In this document: positions 57,046 through 64,000 of the stretch, piece by piece | Numbering within the stretch: the stretch's first letter is position 1 | How the letters are laid out: each line of letters opens with the position of its first letter | NCBI GenBank assembly: GCA_002104945.1 | Contig: MCFH01000059.1 | Coordinates: 186,001 to 250,000 of the forward strand | DNA length: 64,000 bases | Reading direction: 5' to 3' | From: Piromyces finnis finn | Taxonomy: Eukaryota; Fungi; Neocallimastigomycota | Program-made: the position numbers and the translations under genes | Notes under the pieces: generated by a model | Databases searched by the model: none | Seen by the model: the letters and a program-made list of their open reading frames with translations, nothing else | What the model was told of the DNA's origin: nothing

Positions 57046-57558
57046 TAATATATATTTTAATATTTCTTTTCTTGGAATGTTTTTTTATTACATTAAGTTT
57101 AATTAAAAAAAATTTATTTGTTTAATGTAAAATTAGTATATTAGATTATATTTAAATCTTTTTATTGAGGCTAAACCTAAACAATTGTCAATTCATTTTT
57201 TTAATTTATAATTTGGATTAATATTTTTAATTATTACAAAGTTTACCTTTTTTTTTTTAAAAAAATAAAAAATAAAAAACAATAAAAAAAAAAAAAAAAG
57301 AATTATTATTGATTTGATTTTTTTATTAAAATAATAGTAATAAAAAATAAAAGTTAATAAAATTAAAAAACAAAAAAGTATCATTCATTTCAAATAAAAA
57401 ATAACGAATAATACAAAACAAATATAATATATACACAAAATATACTAAATATAAAAAGTAAATATTAAAAGATTTTTTGTTTATATAATAAAATCTTTTT
57501 TATTAAATATAAACTTTGTCGTGATAAAGTAGAAGATTACTAAATAATAATAATAATA

Positions 57559-57589
<31 letters not shown>

Positions 57590-57937
57590 TAAATAAAAGG
57601 TACTTTTGTTTATATTATGAATTAACCATACCTTTATAACAACAATTTTAAATAAATATTAGATTAATATTAATATTGATGTAAAAGAAAGAGAAAAAGT
57701 CGATATTTAAATATTTAAAACATTTATTAATAAATTATAAAAACTTAAAATTCTTTCACTTCAACAAAAGAACAAAAAAAATTTACAAATTTAATTAGAA
57801 CTTTTCTAAAACTTAATATTATAATAATTAGGAATTATATATATATTATATACAATTATACAATAATTAATTAATGTATTTTTATTTTTGTTAATATATT
57901 ATTATTATTTAATCATAATAATTTCTAGATATATAAA

Positions 57938-59145
57938 ATGTCTTCAAAAAAATTTATTGAACTCGGTAAATATTATAACATTATATATAAGTAATAAATT
58001 TTGTTTAAAAATTATTCTTTAAATTAGCCTTTATAACTATTAATTTTAATAAATAATTTTATAAATAGATCCACCTCAATATTTAATTTTTCAACGTCCA
58101 TTCAATGTACCAAGAACTAGAATTTTAAAGGTTAAAAATACTACAGATTCAACTATTGGTAAGAAAACGATAGAAAAGTATAAAATTTATTAATTATTGT
58201 ATGTATTAATATAACTAAAAAAATGTTTTATTCTTATATACCTAAATTGAATAATAAAGTATTCAAGGTTAAAACCACTGCTCCAAATAATTACATTGTT
58301 ATTCCAAACTGTGGAGAAGTTAAAGTAGGAGAAATCCGTAATGTAGAAATTAAACGTAATATTTCAAATGAAGAATTTCCAGTATGTATATAAAAAAATA
58401 TTTAGCCTATATAAATATAAATATATTTTTTTTATTATTATTATTACTTTTATTTTCGCTAAAAAATCTTTTAAATTTTACATTAATATTTTTGTTTTTA
58501 TTTTTATTTTTTTAAATATATATATATATATATAATATAATTTTTAAATGCGAATAATAGCCAGATTTCAAATGTAAAGATAAATTTTTAGTTCAAAGTA
58601 TGAAAATTGATGATCAAGAAATTTCTAGATTTAGTGATCCAAAAGAATTACAAACTTATTTAATGAGTAAGTTCCAAGAAATTGACAAACAAAAGAAGAT
58701 TAATCCAGGTGATGTTAAGCAACTTTTAGGCGAAGACCGTCTTACTTGTGTTTATCAATTACCAAATGAAACTTCAGCTATTGCTGAAGCAGGATCAGAG
58801 GAATTAGGTTCTAGTCGTGAATCCTTATCTAATACTGTTGATGCTACAGCTAATGTTACAGCTCCAGTTAATGTTGATACAACCACTTCTTCTGCTTCCA
58901 AAGCAGTTAATGAAGATGAATTAGCTGCTGCCAGAGAAAAAATTAAAGAATTACAACAAGCATTAAAGGGTTTCCAACAAGATCAACTTATTCAAGACTT
59001 AACAAAAAATTCTGCTGCAAATGCTCGTGATGTAAAGACTACCCAAGTTAAGAAAGCAACTACTTCCGGTAAAAACGTCATTCCAGTTGAAGTTGTTGCC
59101 ATTGTTGCTTTATTAGCTTTTTTAATTGGTGCATTTTGCTTCTAA
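57938..59145 (+). CDS. SCS2: VAP/Scs2-family ER membrane protein (MSP domain, coiled coil, C-terminal TM), 4 exons
   Basis: MSSKKFIELDPPQYLIFQRPF; FKVKTTAPNNYIVIPNCG; CKDKFLVQS; C-terminal VPVEVVAIVALLAFLIGAFCF. Confidence 0.88.
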
Positions 59146-60208
59146 GTCAAGCTATTCAATCATCTTAAAATCACAAAATAATAAAGAATATAGTAATAGA
59201 ATAAAATATAATATTAAGATTAAAATAAATTTACATTTATCCAAATATTAAATAATATTTATAAAAATATTTTTTTTAGCGAAGAGACTATATTTATATA
59301 AAATCTTTTATTATATTTTATTTTTATTATTATTATTATTTTTTTAATATTGCTTTTTTTAAAAAAAATAAATAAATAAATAATAAACTCAACATTTCCC
59401 TTTTTGTATTTATATATATAAAAAGAAATTCCTTCAAATAAAATATATAAAATATATAAATTAAATAAAGACTAATTAATCTTAAAATATATCATTCTAA
59501 ACAAAATTAAAGGACAAATATCAATATACTAACTTAAATCAATTTTAAAGTAATAGAATAAAAGAAAAAAGAAAAAGGTTCTATTTTATAATCATAATTT
59601 TTTTTAGATCTAATAACATTATAATACATAAATTAAAACAAATAAAAAATAACTAAAATAACTAAATAAATATATATACTAATTGTATTCAGTTAGATAT
59701 ATATAAATCATGAATCATATATTAATTCAAAGCAACAAAAAAGTATTTATAAACACTAAATTTCAAGGAATTACAGCTTATTTTATATTTAATATTTCAT
59801 CTATTATTCAATTTCTTAATTTTTTTTAATAATATAAAGTTTTTTATTAGTTGTAAAGCTTTTCTATCATTTATTATATAAAAAGTTTTATAAAAAAAAA
59901 AAAAAAAAAAAAAAAGAGGAATATTTTATTTTTGTTCTTTATTCAAATTTCAATATTCATATCAATTAAAAAGTAGTATTTTATACTCTATTAATTTCGA
60001 TTATATATGATATTCAATCAATTTGGTATTCAATAGTTTCTAAAAAAAAAAATGATACAAAAAAAATAAAAAAGTAGATGTATATACTATTCTATTCTAT
60101 TATTTTACTGTAAATAAATTTTTTTAAGAATTTAACAATTATTAATTTAATATTATACTTCATTTAATTATTTAAAATATTTATTTAACATTATTTTCTT
60201 TTTAATAA

Positions 60209-61906
<1,698 letters not shown>

Positions 61907-62204
61907 TAAGAAATATGTATATATATTTATTTATTTATTTATTTCACTCTATTGAATTTAACTGTGATAAAAAAAATAAAGTTTATATTTTTAAAAATTT
62001 TTTAATTATTAAATAATAAATTTAGAATTCTTTTCTATTTCTTATTACCGATGGTTTAAATAAAATATAATTAGAAAAAAAAAAAAAAAAAAATACACAC
62101 ATAGATAGAAGTATAAAGATATAAAAATAATTAATTATAGATTATTAAATAATATTAATAATGCTATTTACTCATTTATTTATTTTTAATAAAATTAAAT
62201 AATT

Positions 62205-64000
62205 TTATTCATAAATAGCGGTATGTATTCCAATTGATTCTAAATATGAATTTAAAATATTAAAACTATTTGATATTGTTAACGAGGTTGTTGTAGAAGC
62301 ATCACAACACACATCTAATGTAGTAAGAGAATGGCAAATATTACAAAATCTAATATCCATACTATCCGTATTATTTTTAAACATATCTTGTATTATGTTT
62401 TCTACACCATGAGCTATTAACGCATCTTTTTCCATTTCTCCAATTCTTAACCCACCATTTTTTGATTTACCTTCAGTGGGTTGTTTACTAATAGCATTAA
62501 TATTACCATTAATACGATAAAACATTTTTTCTTCAACTTGATGTTGTAAAGCCGTATAATAACAAACTCCAACAAATGCTGTTCCTGTACTCATTCCAGT
62601 ACCAGGATCAATCATATTTTCTAAAACTGGAATATCACTTTCAAGATATTTTGTTTTGAAATTTTTTATATCGTTACTTTCAATGGAGGCATCAAAAAAG
62701 GTTCCAAATCCATCTGGATCCATAACCATACATTTACCAACATACATTTCAATTAAATGACCAATGGTCATTCTTGATGGAACAGCATGTGGATTAACAA
62801 TTATATCAGGTATTACACCATGTTCTGTTCGCGGCATTAATTCTTCAGGCAATATTGATCCAATTACACCTTTTTGTGCATAACGACTAGCAAATTTATC
62901 ACCTTGTTGTGGTTTATATAAATGACTAACTTCTACACAACAAAAGCATACATCATCTTTAATAAATGTAGTACATCGATCAACTCTCACTGGTTTTCTG
63001 AAAATATTTTCTATATCTGTAACCTTATTTTGAATAAAATTATATTTTCGAAATATGGGTTCATTACTAAATGATGAGTTTTGAGCTATAGGGGTATTAG
63101 GTTTAGGTAATCCATTTTCATAATTTGAATTGATGTTTAATAATACTTCTTGTTTAATATTATATGAAATATATTGATATCTACATTTCACATTACTAAA
63201 TAATCCATTTTGTATACTGTTCTCGTTAAAAATAACACTATCTTCTTGATTATTTCCCATTGCCATAATAGCAACTATAGCATTTTGTCCACCAAATCTA
63301 TGATATGTATTACCTGTTGTTATCAATTTATTTTCATCCTTTTCAATATTAATATTTGAAAGTATTCCAATACGTTTTCTGAATTCTTCATTATTTAATG
63401 AAATATTCTTTTCCAATTTATAATTATTTGATAAGTTTTTTAAATTAATATCATTAATTTCAGAATTATTTATTTCTTTTTTTTTCATATTGATTTTTAA
63501 ATCATCATTTTCATCGACTAAATTAAAAAATAATTCACTATTTAAATTACCATTAAAATTATTATTTAGTATATTTAGTGAATGATAATTACATAGTCTT
63601 CGTGATAAAATAGATTCCAACCTTGTCATACAGAAAGGACGTTGAGCATTAATTAATTTTCTTGAATTATCATTGTATCGGAATATTGTGCTATCATTAG
63701 TCATACATTGTTTAGTCATACCGGCTTGGAAGGTAAGTCTTGGTACATGACTATTCCCAGGAAATGGTGAAAGTGCACTAATTAAACCAAAAACAAAATT
63801 AGGATCTATTTCTTCATACTTGTATTCAACATTACATTTATACTCAGCAATATCAATAAATCTAATACCTATTTCAATATTATTTTTTATAACTTTAATT
63901 GGTCTTACAATTCTTCCTTCGTCTGTAAATATATAATATGCAACCTCGTCAAATAAACAACTGATAAATGGATATTTCAATTTTAATTCTTTATATGTAT
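62205..64000 (-). CDS. RPB2-like: RNA polymerase second-largest (Rpb2/beta-like) subunit, C-terminal part; intronless, divergent, virus-like; 5' end outside the window
   Basis: TDEGRIVRP; PFPGNSHVPRLTFQAGMTKQ; GQNAIVA..GNNQEDSVI; GDKFASRYAQKG; PDIIVNPHAVPSRMTIG; LQHQVEEK; QPTEGKSKNGGLRIGEMEKD. The frame stays open from the track's TTG start (63980) to base 64000 (TYKELKLKYPF...). Confidence 0.93.
   Translation of the reverse strand, partial: TYKELKLKYPFISCLFDEVAYYIFTDEGRIVRPIKVIKNNIEIGIRFIDIAEYKCNVEYKYEEIDPNFVFGLISALSPFPGNSHVPRLTFQAGMTKQCMTNDSTIFRYNDNSRKLINAQRPFCMTRLESILSRRLCNYHSLNILNNNFNGNLNSELFFNLVDENDDLKINMKKKEINNSEINDINLKNLSNNYKLEKNISLNNEEFRKRIGILSNINIEKDENKLITTGNTYHRFGGQNAIVAIMAMGNNQEDSVIFNENSIQNGLFSNVKCRYQYISYNIKQEVLLNINSNYENGLPKPNTPIAQNSSFSNEPIFRKYNFIQNKVTDIENIFRKPVRVDRCTTFIKDDVCFCCVEVSHLYKPQQGDKFASRYAQKGVIGSILPEELMPRTEHGVIPDIIVNPHAVPSRMTIGHLIEMYVGKCMVMDPDGFGTFFDASIESNDIKNFKTKYLESDIPVLENMIDPGTGMSTGTAFVGVCYYTALQHQVEEKMFYRINGNINAISKQPTEGKSKNGGLRIGEMEKDALIAHGVENIIQDMFKNNTDSMDIRFCNICHSLTTLDVCCDASTTTSLTISNSFNILNSYLESIGIHTAIYE

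Noticed and set aside
56721-57384. YLFI-repeat ORF and neighbouring ORF
   Set aside because: Microsatellite and homopolymer translations.
63297-63590. Intein in the Rpb2-like insertion
   Set aside because: No C-terminal His-Asn or +1 Cys/Ser/Thr, and no Hint or LAGLIDADG motifs.

Overview
Very AT-rich eukaryotic genomic DNA with short GT-AG introns, long poly-A/poly-T tracts and Asn-rich ORFs. Composition and gene families point to an anaerobic gut fungus (Neocallimastigomycota; inferred). Intron-containing host genes, in order: PQ-loop transporter (partial), UDP-glucose 4-epimerase, beta-helix/EGF/7TM receptor, SKP1, cAMP-receptor/Git3-like GPCR, rhomboid protease, Ski8/WDR61, Clp1, katanin p80 and a VAP/Scs2 protein. 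Intronless ORFs: a subtilisin with a hevein-like tail, a W2-domain protein, a secreted Pro/Thr repeat protein and an orphan with virus-like motifs. The main finding is at the right end (60.2-64 kb). Two tandem, intronless, highly divergent multisubunit RNA polymerase genes sit about 1 kb from an ordinary host gene. One is an Rpb2/beta-like subunit that runs off the window edge; the other is a stand-alone C-terminal half of Rpb1. Catalytic residues are retained. The split architecture resembles large DNA viruses (Nucleocytoviricota, probably Pimascovirales-like, from recall) rather than nuclear Pol I/II/III, suggesting an endogenised and possibly domesticated viral transcription module. A second virus-like gene lies at 19.0-19.9 kb, and a small poly-A insertion with a 13-bp target-site duplication lies at 4.8-4.96 kb. 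All family assignments come from motif recognition by eye, not database searches.
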